Source: Kiritimatiellia bacterium (GTDB lineage: Bacteria; Verrucomicrobiota; Kiritimatiellia; CAIVKH01). Taken from it: DNA of 64,000 nt. Numbering within the stretch: the stretch's first letter is position 1; every line of letters starts with the position of its first letter. The stretch lies in the NCBI GenBank assembly GCA_023953695.1, contig JAMLJG010000015.1:2756-66755 (forward strand). The letters run 5' to 3'. Position numbers and translations under genes: made by a program. Positions 44,760 to 54,380 of this stretch are shown in pieces. The notes under the pieces are model-generated. The model made no database searches, had not been told where the DNA came from, and saw only the letters and a program-made list of their open reading frames with translations.

Positions 44760-44903
44760 CTTCCGTCACCAGCGACCTCCAAAATCGCGCCGCCTCAAAC
44801 TGCACACATCCAACTGTGCATCGCACCGAAACACCACCTCACCCAAAGTGCCCGCCCAGAACTTTCCGATTGAACAACCTACCCACCCCGCCTAGTCTTC
44901 GAT

Positions 44904-45419
44904 GTGCCGTTGAAGCTTGACTCTATGCCAGCTCACATCCGCACGTCATTCGCCATCCTCGCAGTCACACCCCTGCTGCTCGGTTGCCAATATAATCCGT
45001 ATGCGCACCTGTTCACCACAACCCAGCCGAAGCAAGAGCATGTCGCCGGGAGCTACTCGCTCACCCAGCAGACGATTGCGCCGGGAGGATTGAGCCTTCT
45101 CCAGGGTCAGCGGTGTGTGCTGGAGTTGCGTGGAGACGGCACTTTCAGCATCATGAATTACCCGACCTGGTCGGAAGCGTTTTCTCCCACCAATGGGCAG
45201 CTCGTCGCCTCCATCAGCGCGACTGGTCGTTGGTCTTGCGATACGGTTGGCGTTGTCTCCGATGGCCGCAAGAGCCAGCGCTATTGGGGCGTTCAATTTT
45301 CGGACGCAGACACTCAGCTTGATCCACTGACCCTCACCGGCAAGACTCCGCCATATGGCCTCATCATGACGTATGGCGATCCCGATAGTGGCACAGTCAT
45401 GATTTTCGAGAAGAAGTGA
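44904..45419 (+). CDS. hypothetical lipoprotein
   Basis: Lipobox LLLGC after an N-terminal signal (probable start MPAHIRTS at 44925). No family match. Divergent from lexA. Confidence 0.5.
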   Translation: MPLKLDSMPAHIRTSFAILAVTPLLLGCQYNPYAHLFTTTQPKQEHVAGSYSLTQQTIAPGGLSLLQGQRCVLELRGDGTFSIMNYPTWSEAFSPTNGQLVASISATGRWSCDTVGVVSDGRKSQRYWGVQFSDADTQLDPLTLTGKTPPYGLIMTYGDPDSGTVMIFEKK

Positions 45420-45465
45420 GCCGACTTGGATCTATTGGCTAATCGAGCTCGGATGGACGGTCAAT

Positions 45466-45927
45466 GTGAGATCGAAACAATATGTGCGTTCCGAACGGTC
45501 AAAGAAGTCTGCCACAACGGCTGAGCGCAAAGCCGTCGCGCAGGGTGCGCGCTCTTCGAAATGTCCGTCGCCGGAGGAGCGAGAGGCGGCGCGAAGGCCT
45601 TTGGCGTCGCTGATCTCAAAATCGGAAAAGGCGCAACAGAAGCTGAGGCCCGATTCGTGGCAATACGCGATGTTGGCGGAAAATCTGAAGGCGTTGCGCC
45701 TGGCCAATGCGCTGCTCAATGAATCGTCCAGCGCCGCTGCTGCTGCTGCGCAGTCCGAACTTCAGCACGCGCGCCAGCGCCTCGAAGGGCTCTGCCAAAA
45801 GGTTGCGGAAACCCAACGTAGATTCGCCCTCGGCGCCGCTGCGCACACGCTCCAACGCAATCGCCTCGCTGCCCTGCAAACCGCAGCGGCCCTCGTTGCG
45901 CTTCGCGAACGCGAACTCGGCGCGTAG
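45466..45927 (+). CDS. hypothetical small basic/coiled-coil protein (weak call)
   Basis: The only sizeable ORF in a 600-bp gap. Ala-rich and helical with low complexity. An overlapping antisense ORF is also present, so this could be non-coding. Confidence 0.25.
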   Translation: MRSKQYVRSERSKKSATTAERKAVAQGARSSKCPSPEEREAARRPLASLISKSEKAQQKLRPDSWQYAMLAENLKALRLANALLNESSSAAAAAAQSELQHARQRLEGLCQKVAETQRRFALGAAAHTLQRNRLAALQTAAALVALRERELGA

Positions 45928-46021
45928 CGCGCGGATATCGAATCGCTGTTATCTCCGGCCTTCGCGCTTTCTCGATCATTCGCGTTGTGCTAGCATCCCC
46001 CTTTTCAGGGAGCGAATCGAA

Positions 46022-48916
46022 ATGACTCAACACGGATTTGAATGGCTGCGCACGGAAGAAATCGCGGAATACCAAGCGAAGGCGCATCTCTATCGCCACA
46101 TCAAAACGGGAGCGGAACTCCTCTCCATCGAAGTGGCCGATGAAAACAAGGTCTTCGGCATCACCTTCCGCACTCCGCCATCCGATTCCACCGGCGTGGC
46201 GCACATCCTCGAACACTCCGTCTTGTGCGGTTCCCAAAAATATCCCACGAAAGAGCCATTCGTCGAACTCCTCAAGGGATCCCTCCAAACCTTCCTCAAT
46301 GCGTTCACCTATCCCGACAAGACCTGCTATCCGGTGGCGAGTCAGAACCTGCAGGATTTCTACAACTTGATTGATGTTTATCTCGACGCGGTCTTCTATC
46401 CGATCCTCTCCCGCGGAACGTATGAGCAGGAAGGCTGGCACTACGAACTCGAATCGCCGGACAAACCGCTGATCTACAAAGGCGTGGTCTTCAACGAAAT
46501 GAAGGGCGTCTATTCTTCGCCCGACAGCGTATTGATGGAGCAGGCGCAGCGCTCGCTCTTTCCCGACACGACGTATGGTCTGGATTCCGGCGGCGATCCC
46601 GCGCACATCCCCGATCTCACCTACGAGCAACTGACGGGTTTCCACAAGCGATTCTATCACCCTTCCAACAGTCGCATTTTCTTCTATGGCGACGATGATC
46701 TGACAAAGCGGTTAGAATTGCTGGATGCGTGGCTGAGCGCGTTCGACAAGCAGGACCCTAATTCCGCCATTGCCGTGCAGGCCCCCTTCCCCGCGCCGCG
46801 CGATGTGAATCACGGCTATCGAACCGATGCCGAAGAGGGCGGAAAGTCGTTCGTCGCGTTGAACTGGGCCCTCCCTTCCCCGGTGGATGCCACCGCATCG
46901 CTCCACGCAAATATCCTGGCTCACATCCTCATCGGCACCCCCGCATCGCCTCTGCGCAACGCCCTGCTCGAGTCCGGACTCGGCGACGATCTCACCGGAT
47001 GCGGCTTGGAGTCGCACGCGCTCCACATGTTCTTCTCAACCGGTCTTCGCGGGATAGACGCGGAGAACGTCTCCCACGTTGCGCCTCTCATTCGCGAAAC
47101 CTTGGCAAGCCTCGCGCAGAAGGGAATAGATCCGCGCACGGTGGAGGCATCGCTCAACACGCTCGAATTTGCGCTGCGCGAAAACAACACGGGCAACTAC
47201 CCGCGCGGCCTCGCGCTGATGCTCCGCGCGCTCTCGAGTTGGAACTATGACGGCGACCCGATTGCGGCCCTGCGCTTCGCCGAAGCCATGACGGAGTTGC
47301 GCGCGCGCATCGCTTCCGGCGAGCGCGTTTTCGAAGAATTGATCCGCCGCTGGTTCCTCGACAACACGCACCATTCCATCGTCACACTTTCTCCCGATCG
47401 CGAACTCGGCGCGCGCCAAGACGCCGCCGAACGGGCGCGCCTCGATGCCGCGCGCGCGGCGATGAATGCCGACCAAGCCCAAGCGGTCGCGCAACACACC
47501 GCCGAATTGATCGCCGCGCAAGGCGCGCCGGACAGCCCAGAAGCGCTCGCGCGGATTCCGCGCCTCACACTCGCCGACCTGCCCCGCGCAAACAAAGCGA
47601 TCCCCATCCAGAAGCTGTATAGCGCAGGCACGCGCGTCCTCTATCACGACATCTTCACCAACGGCATTCTCTATCTCGATGTCGGCTTCAACCTGCGCGG
47701 CCTCACCCTCGATCAACTCCCCTACGTGCCTCTCCTCGGCCGCGCACTGTTGGAAACCGGCACGGCCTCAGAGGACTATATCTCCCTCAGCCAGCGCATC
47801 GGCAGCCGTACGGGTGGGATCGAACCGCAAACGCTCACCTCGGTTATCCGCGAAACAGAAAGCGGAACCTGCTGGCTTTTCCTCCGCGGCAAGGCCATGG
47901 AGAGTCAGACCGAAGATCTATTAGCGATCCTGCACGATGTGCTGACCGGCGCGCGGCTCGACCTCCGCGCGCGAATCAAGCAAATCGCACTCGAAGAAAA
48001 GGCAAACCTGGAGGCCGACCTCGTGCCCTCCGGCCACACGTTTGTCGGACAACGCATTCGCGCAGGTTTCGACGAAGCCAACTACGCGGAAGAACTGATG
48101 AACGGCGTCAGCTACCTCCAGTTCCTTCGCGAACTGATCAACGAAATAGATACCAACTGGGACTCCGTCGCCAGCGCCCTCGAACGCATTCAGAACACCC
48201 TGCTCAATCGTCGCACCATGACGATCAACGTCGCCATTGATCAGGCGGCATGGGATCGAGTCGCGCCGCGCCTCCACAGCTTCCTCGCCGACCTCCCCAG
48301 TCGCGTCACCCCGCTGCCCGCATGGACGCTCCCCGCCCTGCCCGAGACCGAAGGACTCATCATCCCCGCCGCAGTCAACTATGTCGGCAAGGCATTCAAC
48401 TGGCGCGCGGCCGGTCACGTCTTCTCAGGCTCCGACCTCGTCGTTTCCCGCTTTCTGCGCACCGCCTATCTCTGGGAAAAAGTGCGCGTGCAAGGCGGCG
48501 CATACGGCGGCTTCAGCCAGTTCGATCACCGCGCGGGACTCGTCAGCTTCATTTCGTATCGCGACCCCAATCTCAAGGCCACGCTCGACATTTACGACGC
48601 GACCGCGGACTACCTCACCGCGCTGCAACTCAGCCCGGACGAACTCGAAAAGGCCATCATCGGCTCGATCGGCGACGTGGACAAATATCGCCTTCCGAGC
48701 GCCCAATCGCTCACCTCGCTCAATCGCTTCCTCGCGAACGACACCGACGCATTTCTCCAGCGGCTGCGCGAAGAAATTCTCGGCACGACACTGAAGGACT
48801 TCCATCGCTTCGGCGAAATGCTGCGCGGCATGTCCGCGCAGGGCCGCATCGCGATCCTCGGCAGTAACGACGCGCTCCAGGCGTTCCACCCCCCCGCCCT
48901 CACGCGCATCCTCTAA
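46022..48916 (+). CDS. M16C-family zinc metallopeptidase (PreP/presequence-protease-like)
   Basis: Inverted zinc motif HILEHSV...E within about 964 aa and four M16 half-domains. The start is the internal Met MTQHGFEW at 46022. The upstream part of the listed ORF is non-coding leader. Confidence 0.85.
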   Translation: MTQHGFEWLRTEEIAEYQAKAHLYRHIKTGAELLSIEVADENKVFGITFRTPPSDSTGVAHILEHSVLCGSQKYPTKEPFVELLKGSLQTFLNAFTYPDKTCYPVASQNLQDFYNLIDVYLDAVFYPILSRGTYEQEGWHYELESPDKPLIYKGVVFNEMKGVYSSPDSVLMEQAQRSLFPDTTYGLDSGGDPAHIPDLTYEQLTGFHKRFYHPSNSRIFFYGDDDLTKRLELLDAWLSAFDKQDPNSAIAVQAPFPAPRDVNHGYRTDAEEGGKSFVALNWALPSPVDATASLHANILAHILIGTPASPLRNALLESGLGDDLTGCGLESHALHMFFSTGLRGIDAENVSHVAPLIRETLASLAQKGIDPRTVEASLNTLEFALRENNTGNYPRGLALMLRALSSWNYDGDPIAALRFAEAMTELRARIASGERVFEELIRRWFLDNTHHSIVTLSPDRELGARQDAAERARLDAARAAMNADQAQAVAQHTAELIAAQGAPDSPEALARIPRLTLADLPRANKAIPIQKLYSAGTRVLYHDIFTNGILYLDVGFNLRGLTLDQLPYVPLLGRALLETGTASEDYISLSQRIGSRTGGIEPQTLTSVIRETESGTCWLFLRGKAMESQTEDLLAILHDVLTGARLDLRARIKQIALEEKANLEADLVPSGHTFVGQRIRAGFDEANYAEELMNGVSYLQFLRELINEIDTNWDSVASALERIQNTLLNRRTMTINVAIDQAAWDRVAPRLHSFLADLPSRVTPLPAWTLPALPETEGLIIPAAVNYVGKAFNWRAAGHVFSGSDLVVSRFLRTAYLWEKVRVQGGAYGGFSQFDHRAGLVSFISYRDPNLKATLDIYDATADYLTALQLSPDELEKAIIGSIGDVDKYRLPSAQSLTSLNRFLANDTDAFLQRLREEILGTTLKDFHRFGEMLRGMSAQGRIAILGSNDALQAFHPPALTRIL

Positions 48917-48995
48917 CCACCCGCCGCGCCCCGCGCCGCTTCAAAGCCGAAGACTTTGGTTGCCGCAACGGCGCGCCGAGCGGTACGATCGCCGC

Positions 48996-49934
48996 ATGTC
49001 TTCAAAACGCTATGCAGTCCTCGGAACCGGCGCTCTGGGTGGCTATTACGGCGCGCGCCTGCATCTCGCCGGCCATGAAGTTCACTTTCTCCTGCGCAGC
49101 GACTACGCCCACGTTCGCTCCCACGGCCTGCGCGTGGACACGGCTGACGGAACGCACCAGCTGACCCGCGTTCACGCGCATCAAACCGTGGACACCATGC
49201 CGCCCTGCGACGTCGTCATGGTTGCTCTCAAGACGACGCAGAACCACCTCCTCCCGACGCTGCTGCCCAAGCCACTGGCCCCAAACGGCGTGGCGCTGAT
49301 GATGCAAAATGGGCTCGGCATCGAAGAAGAAGCCGCGGCCCTCGTCGGCGCAGAGCGCGTGATGGGGGGACTCTGCTTCATCTGCGCGAACAAAGTCGGC
49401 CCAGGTCACATTCAACACGTGGACTACGGCGAAATTATGCTCGGTGATTACCGGCCCGATGGAAAACCCGCGCCCATCTCACCCCGCGTGGAATCCATCG
49501 CCGCCGACTTGCGCGCCGCGCAAATCCCCATTTCTCTCGCTGACGATCTCCTGCTCGCGCGCTGGAAAAAACTCGTCTGGAACGTGCCCTACAACGCCCT
49601 CTCCGTCATCCTCCGCGCCACCACCGACCGCATCGCGAAAGACCCCGACGCCTGTGCGCTGGCCGAAGCGCTCATGCGCGAAGTCGTCGCCGCGGCCGCC
49701 GCATACGACAAAGTGATCGGCGAAGATTTCATCGCGCGGATGTTGCTCCACACCGAAAAAATGCGTCCCTATAAAACGAGCATGATGCTCGACTTTGAAG
49801 CCGGTCGCCCACTGGAAGTGGATGCGATCTACGCCCGTCCGCTCGCCGCCGCCCGCGTGCGCGGCGTCGAGTGCCCCCGCATGGAAACCATAACGCAGCA
49901 ACTCCGATTTCTATCCCCACAAGGTGCCTCATGA
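48996..49934 (+). CDS. panE: 2-dehydropantoate 2-reductase (ketopantoate reductase)
   Basis: N-terminal Rossmann VLGTGALGGYYGARL, an ApbA/PanE C-terminal domain and the conserved Lys/Glu region. The start is taken at MSSKRY. Confidence 0.8.
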   Translation: MSSKRYAVLGTGALGGYYGARLHLAGHEVHFLLRSDYAHVRSHGLRVDTADGTHQLTRVHAHQTVDTMPPCDVVMVALKTTQNHLLPTLLPKPLAPNGVALMMQNGLGIEEEAAALVGAERVMGGLCFICANKVGPGHIQHVDYGEIMLGDYRPDGKPAPISPRVESIAADLRAAQIPISLADDLLLARWKKLVWNVPYNALSVILRATTDRIAKDPDACALAEALMREVVAAAAAYDKVIGEDFIARMLLHTEKMRPYKTSMMLDFEAGRPLEVDAIYARPLAAARVRGVECPRMETITQQLRFLSPQGAS

Positions 49935-50815
49935 GATACCTCCTCGCCGCTCTGCTTCTCGCGCTCGGCGCAACGCCCTTGATCGCGCAGCCCTCAGCAA
50001 CGCCACCCCTCACCGCTGAGCCACCGCCGATGCGCTTCGAGGTCTATCCCATCGGCGCCATGGATATGGAATCCACACTCGAATCCGTCCGCGCATTTGT
50101 CGGCGACGAAGGCAACGTCACGCCAGATCCCGTCCACCAGCGCCTGCTCGTCGCAACGACTCCAGCGCGACATGCGCAAATCGCCGACCTCATGAGCAAG
50201 CTCGCCGTACCCGCCCGCAACGTGCGCATTGAAGTCGCGTTCGACTCCGCAGGAAATCAATCGCAGTCCGAGTTGTCCGTTTCCGGCTCCGGCGACATCA
50301 GCCTCGGCTCCGGTGGACTCGGCGGCACCATCAAACTGCAACCGAAGATCATCAATCAGACGACCACGACCACAGGCCGGGAGGTGCAAACGCTCCTCGT
50401 CAGCAGCGGGCGCGAAGCGAGTCTGCGCATCGGCGAGAGTGTTCCCTACCTGCAATGGTTCACAGAATACGGCTTTCATTACGGCTGGAATGTGCCTCAG
50501 CTCGCATGGCAGGAGGTCGGCTCCTTTCTCGTGGTGCAACCCACCGTCATCGGCAACGGCCCCCTCGTCCGAATCAAGCTCACGCCGGAATTGCGCGGCC
50601 TCGTGAATGGCGCGCCGGAACACCTCCGCTACTCAGCCGTCTCGACCGAAGTCGTGGTGAGTGATGGACAAAGCGTCTCCCTCGGTGGACTCGATCAGAA
50701 CCGCGATTTCTATGACCGTTTCCTCGTCGGCATGGCGCGAAACGGCGGAACCGAATCGCTCAACATTCGGCTGACCCCACACATCCAAACCCTCGCGCCT
50801 CCTCCCGCACGCTAG
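49931..50815 (+). CDS. compact secretin-family outer-membrane protein (Secretin_N + secretin core, ~294 aa)
   Basis: Signal peptide. Secretin_N-like domain (RFEVYPIGAMDMESTLESVRAFV...HQRLLVATTPARHAQIADLMSKL) and a C-terminal secretin core (VVVSDGQSVSLGGL...RFLVG...LNIRLTPHI). The ATG overlaps the panE stop in an ATGA arrangement. Confidence 0.5.
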   Translation: MRYLLAALLLALGATPLIAQPSATPPLTAEPPPMRFEVYPIGAMDMESTLESVRAFVGDEGNVTPDPVHQRLLVATTPARHAQIADLMSKLAVPARNVRIEVAFDSAGNQSQSELSVSGSGDISLGSGGLGGTIKLQPKIINQTTTTTGREVQTLLVSSGREASLRIGESVPYLQWFTEYGFHYGWNVPQLAWQEVGSFLVVQPTVIGNGPLVRIKLTPELRGLVNGAPEHLRYSAVSTEVVVSDGQSVSLGGLDQNRDFYDRFLVGMARNGGTESLNIRLTPHIQTLAPPPAR

Positions 50816-50826
50816 TTCGCCACACC

Positions 50827-52437
50827 ATGGCCTCCTTCCTCAACGATCGGCGCGCGTGGTTGGTTCTAATTCTCTTGCTCGCGCTCATTCTCGCCTCCAC
50901 CGCTGCATGGCTCAGCGGGGGCCGCCTTGTCGGCGCGGATCCGCAAACGCTGCTCTTCGCCACACTCGCCGTCTGCTCCGCAACCCTCGTCAACCTCGGC
51001 GTGCGCTGGCTGCGCTGGCACTTTCTGCTTCGCACGATTCACATCCGCCTCCGCGCGCGCGAGTCGCTCCTCGTTTTCACCAGCCTGCTCCCCATGATTC
51101 TCACGCCATGGGCCGCTGGCGAACTTCTCCTCGCGCTCCCCTTGCGCCACCGCACGGCCACCCCGCTGCGCAAAGCCGGAATCGCGTGGCTCGTATCGCG
51201 CGCGGCCGACGCGGCCGCGCTCATCCTCATCGCCGTCCTCGCGCGCTGGGGCGCAGTGCCCGGCGCGCTGGCCTTTATCCTTCTCTCCACGCTCGCCCTC
51301 GCGAGCATCGAACGGCGCGGACGGCGCATCGCGCAGGCGTTTCGCCTCTACCTCTTTCTCGGCTTCTCCCTCATCGCATGGACGTGCGCCGCAACGGGCC
51401 TCTATCTCGCCCTCCACATTCTCCACGCGCCAACGGATTGGATGGCAACGCTCTTCGCGTTTTCCAAGGGCACCATCGCAGGTTCACTCTCCGGCTCGCC
51501 CGCGGGCATCGCGATCACGGGCAGCACGATCATTCGGGAACTTTTCGGCATCGGCATCGCAGAACCCACCGCCATTGGAAGCGTCGCCGCGCTGCGCTGG
51601 GGCACGGTGGGATTCGCCGCGCTGCTCGGACTCCTCGTCGCCGCGCTGCGACACCGATCCCTCCGCGCAATCGTCAGCGGCACGAGACCGGCGAGCCAGG
51701 GTCACTTCGACCACATCGCAGACGAATACGCCGAGGAGATTCCCGCGCACGTTCGCGACCGCCTCGTAGAAACCAAATCCGCGGTCATGCTCGACACCCT
51801 CCAGCGCCTCCACGTCCCCAATGCCGCGCGCGGCCTCGACATCGGCTGCGGCCAGGGCTGGTATCTTGCGCACCTCGCCGCGCGCGGCCACACTATGACC
51901 GGCTGCGACCTCACCGCCGGACAAATTGACCAAGCGAGAACGTTCTGCTCCACCGCCGGCGTGTCAGCCGATCTCCTCGTCGCACCAGCCGATTCCCTTC
52001 CCTTCCCCGACAACTCCTTCGACTTCGCCTACACCATCAACGTGCTCCATCACATCACCGACCGCGCCACCCTCGATCGCTCCCTTCGCGAAATTGTGCG
52101 CGTCCTCAAACCCGGCGCGCCTCTCATCGTCTTCGAGATGAACACACTCAACCCGCTCTTCCGCCTCTACCTCTCCTACCTCTTTCCCTTCATCCGCAAC
52201 ATTGACGACGGCACCGAAGTCTGGCTTCGCCCCGGTCACTGGCCCAACGTGCCCGGCGCCACCTGGAGCGACCACATTGACTTCATCACCTTCATCCCCG
52301 ACTTTCTTCCTCGCGCCGTTCTCTCTTCTCTCGCCAAGCTCGAATCCCTCCTCGAGCGCTCCCCCCTCCGCTCCTTCTCCGCCCACTTCGCCATCGCACT
52401 CGTCAAGCAGCCCTCAGCGCCCACCGCCCAATCATAA
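50827..52437 (+). CDS. fusion protein: N-terminal flippase-like/LPG-synthase-type TM domain + C-terminal class I SAM methyltransferase
   Basis: About 8 TM helices in the first roughly 270 aa. The C-terminal part carries methyltransferase motif I LDIGCGQGWYLAHL and the Methyltransf_11-type core. Confidence 0.55.
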   Translation: MASFLNDRRAWLVLILLLALILASTAAWLSGGRLVGADPQTLLFATLAVCSATLVNLGVRWLRWHFLLRTIHIRLRARESLLVFTSLLPMILTPWAAGELLLALPLRHRTATPLRKAGIAWLVSRAADAAALILIAVLARWGAVPGALAFILLSTLALASIERRGRRIAQAFRLYLFLGFSLIAWTCAATGLYLALHILHAPTDWMATLFAFSKGTIAGSLSGSPAGIAITGSTIIRELFGIGIAEPTAIGSVAALRWGTVGFAALLGLLVAALRHRSLRAIVSGTRPASQGHFDHIADEYAEEIPAHVRDRLVETKSAVMLDTLQRLHVPNAARGLDIGCGQGWYLAHLAARGHTMTGCDLTAGQIDQARTFCSTAGVSADLLVAPADSLPFPDNSFDFAYTINVLHHITDRATLDRSLREIVRVLKPGAPLIVFEMNTLNPLFRLYLSYLFPFIRNIDDGTEVWLRPGHWPNVPGATWSDHIDFITFIPDFLPRAVLSSLAKLESLLERSPLRSFSAHFAIALVKQPSAPTAQS

Positions 52438-52579
52438 TTCGGCGCCGCACTCGCCCTCGCAGCCGTCGCGCGCAGCGAATCGGAACCGAGCGCACGCCTG
52501 AAGTTTGAGCTTCCCTATTCCCAACCAACATGGCACACAGCGCCGAGTGGGGAGCGCGCGGCGCTCCCATTCGTCTAGT

Positions 52580-53203
52580 ATGGACCTGTTGTACATCTTT
52601 AGTATGATCGGCGTTGCGGTTTTCGCCATCAGCGGCGTACTGGCCGCGGGTCGCAAGAACTTTGACTTCTTCGGCGTCGTCGTCATCGCCCTCGTCACCG
52701 CCATTGGCGGCGGAACCCTGCGCGACTTGCTGCTCGATCGCCGTCCGATTTTTTGGATCGGCGATATCAATTATCTCTACATCTCCGTCGCCGCCGCGCT
52801 CCTCGCCCTGCTCTGGGTGCCGCGTCGCCCCATCCCCATACGCGCCCTGCTCTACGCCGACGCGCTGGGCCTCGCCCTCTTCACCATCAGCGGCACCCGC
52901 ATCGCCTACGAACTCGGATTTGACCCCGTCATCTCCGTCCTCATGGGCTGCATCACGGGCGTGGCCGGCGGTGTGATTCGCGACATTCTGAGCGCGGAAA
53001 TCCCGCTCCTCCTGCGCGATCGCGAGGTGTATGCCACCGCCGCGATTATCGGTTCGGTCATCTACCTCGCCGTCCACAAATACTGGAACACCTCGCAGGA
53101 AGTCGCCGCCGAGTGGGGCATCCTCACCGTCGCCACCATCCGCATCATCGCCATCAACTGGCGCCTGCGCGTGCCCGTGTTCAAAGCGCCGGAAAAATAC
53201 TGA
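52580..53203 (+). CDS. UPF0126/TRIC-like (YadS-type) membrane protein
   Basis: Two UPF0126 repeats with the conserved GxxGGGxxRD motifs (AIGGGTLRDLLL and VAGGVIRDIL). Seven predicted TM helices. Confidence 0.7.
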   Translation: MDLLYIFSMIGVAVFAISGVLAAGRKNFDFFGVVVIALVTAIGGGTLRDLLLDRRPIFWIGDINYLYISVAAALLALLWVPRRPIPIRALLYADALGLALFTISGTRIAYELGFDPVISVLMGCITGVAGGVIRDILSAEIPLLLRDREVYATAAIIGSVIYLAVHKYWNTSQEVAAEWGILTVATIRIIAINWRLRVPVFKAPEKY

Positions 53204-53262
53204 CGTCGCCCCGCGCGCGACGCGCAGTCGCGGAGCGCTCGCCGTGCGGCCTCCAGAGCGGC

Positions 53263-54279
53263 CTATTCCTCTTCGTGCACCACTTCGGACAGGTGGAACC
53301 CCGCCTCGGCCATCATCGCCATGTCGTCCTCATAGCCCTGCCCACCGGTCGTCAAGTAGCCCTCGCTGAACATCGAGTTGGCCGGATAGAGCGCCAGCGG
53401 CTGCATGTGCTTGAGCACCACTTCGCGACCGCCGGCAATTCGAATGTCGCGAGTCGGATTCACGAACCGGAACATGCACAAACACTTCAACCCCTCCGCC
53501 GGAGACAGGCGTTCCACGTCCGCAAGCGGCGTGCCGGGGCGCGGGTCAAAAAGATTCACCGGAATGGACTCCACCTCCATCTCGCGCAGCATGAACGCCA
53601 AATCCACACGGTCGTCCAGCGACTCGCCCATCCCCATAATCCCGCCGCAACACGCTTCCATGCCCGCCGCCTTGGCGATCTTCACCGTGCGCACGCGATC
53701 CTCAAAGCTGTGCGTCTGCACCACTTTCGAGAAATAGTTCTTCGAGGTCTCGAGGTTGTGATTGAACCGATCCACCCCCGCCTCGACCAGTCGCGCCGCG
53801 TCCGCTTCGGTCAAGATTCCGAGCGAAGCGCAAATATCAATGTCCATCTCCGCCTTGATGCGCCGCGTCGCCTCGCAAATAATCTCCAGCTCCGCATTCG
53901 ATGGCCCCCGCGTGGCCGTCACCATGCAATACTTCGCCGCGCCCATTTCGTGCGCCTTGCGCGCGCCCTCCAGCAACTCCTCCGGCGTCTGCATCCGATA
54001 GCGCTCAACGCCGCTCTGCGCGCCCATCGCTTGGCTGCAGAACCGACAGTTCTCGCGACAAAGCCCGCTCTTGGCATTGCGCAACACGTGCAGCCGAACA
54101 TCTCGCCCATAAAAACGCTTGCGGACGCGAAACGCCGCATGCAGCAGCGCCAACAACTCATCGTCATCCGCGCGCAAAACCGACATCGCATCCTCGCGCG
54201 TCAGAGCATTCCCTGCCAGCGCCTCATCTGCCAAATGATCCCAACGAGCCATAGCTCCTCCTGAAAAACGCTTCTTCAT
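53263..54279 (-). CDS. bioB: biotin synthase (radical SAM)
   Basis: CxxxCxxC radical-SAM motif (CRENCRFCSQ) plus the BATS domain with auxiliary-cluster cysteines. The start may be the internal MARWD. Confidence 0.9.
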   Translation of the reverse strand: MKKRFSGGAMARWDHLADEALAGNALTREDAMSVLRADDDELLALLHAAFRVRKRFYGRDVRLHVLRNAKSGLCRENCRFCSQAMGAQSGVERYRMQTPEELLEGARKAHEMGAAKYCMVTATRGPSNAELEIICEATRRIKAEMDIDICASLGILTEADAARLVEAGVDRFNHNLETSKNYFSKVVQTHSFEDRVRTVKIAKAAGMEACCGGIMGMGESLDDRVDLAFMLREMEVESIPVNLFDPRPGTPLADVERLSPAEGLKCLCMFRFVNPTRDIRIAGGREVVLKHMQPLALYPANSMFSEGYLTTGGQGYEDDMAMMAEAGFHLSEVVHEEE

Positions 54280-54380
54280 ACACCAACTCGCGAGCTTGGA
54301 ACAGGAAAACCATACACTACCCCAGATGTGTTTGCATTTTGCAGATTCTCCGCCACGATGTTCAGCCTACTGCAACCGCA

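Noticed and set aside
50856-51929. 357-aa plus-strand alternative frame inside the membrane-methyltransferase fusion gene
   Set aside because: Same strand but a different frame from a gene with clear TM-helix and methyltransferase motifs. The product is Arg/Pro/His-rich with no structure, so it is a shadow ORF.
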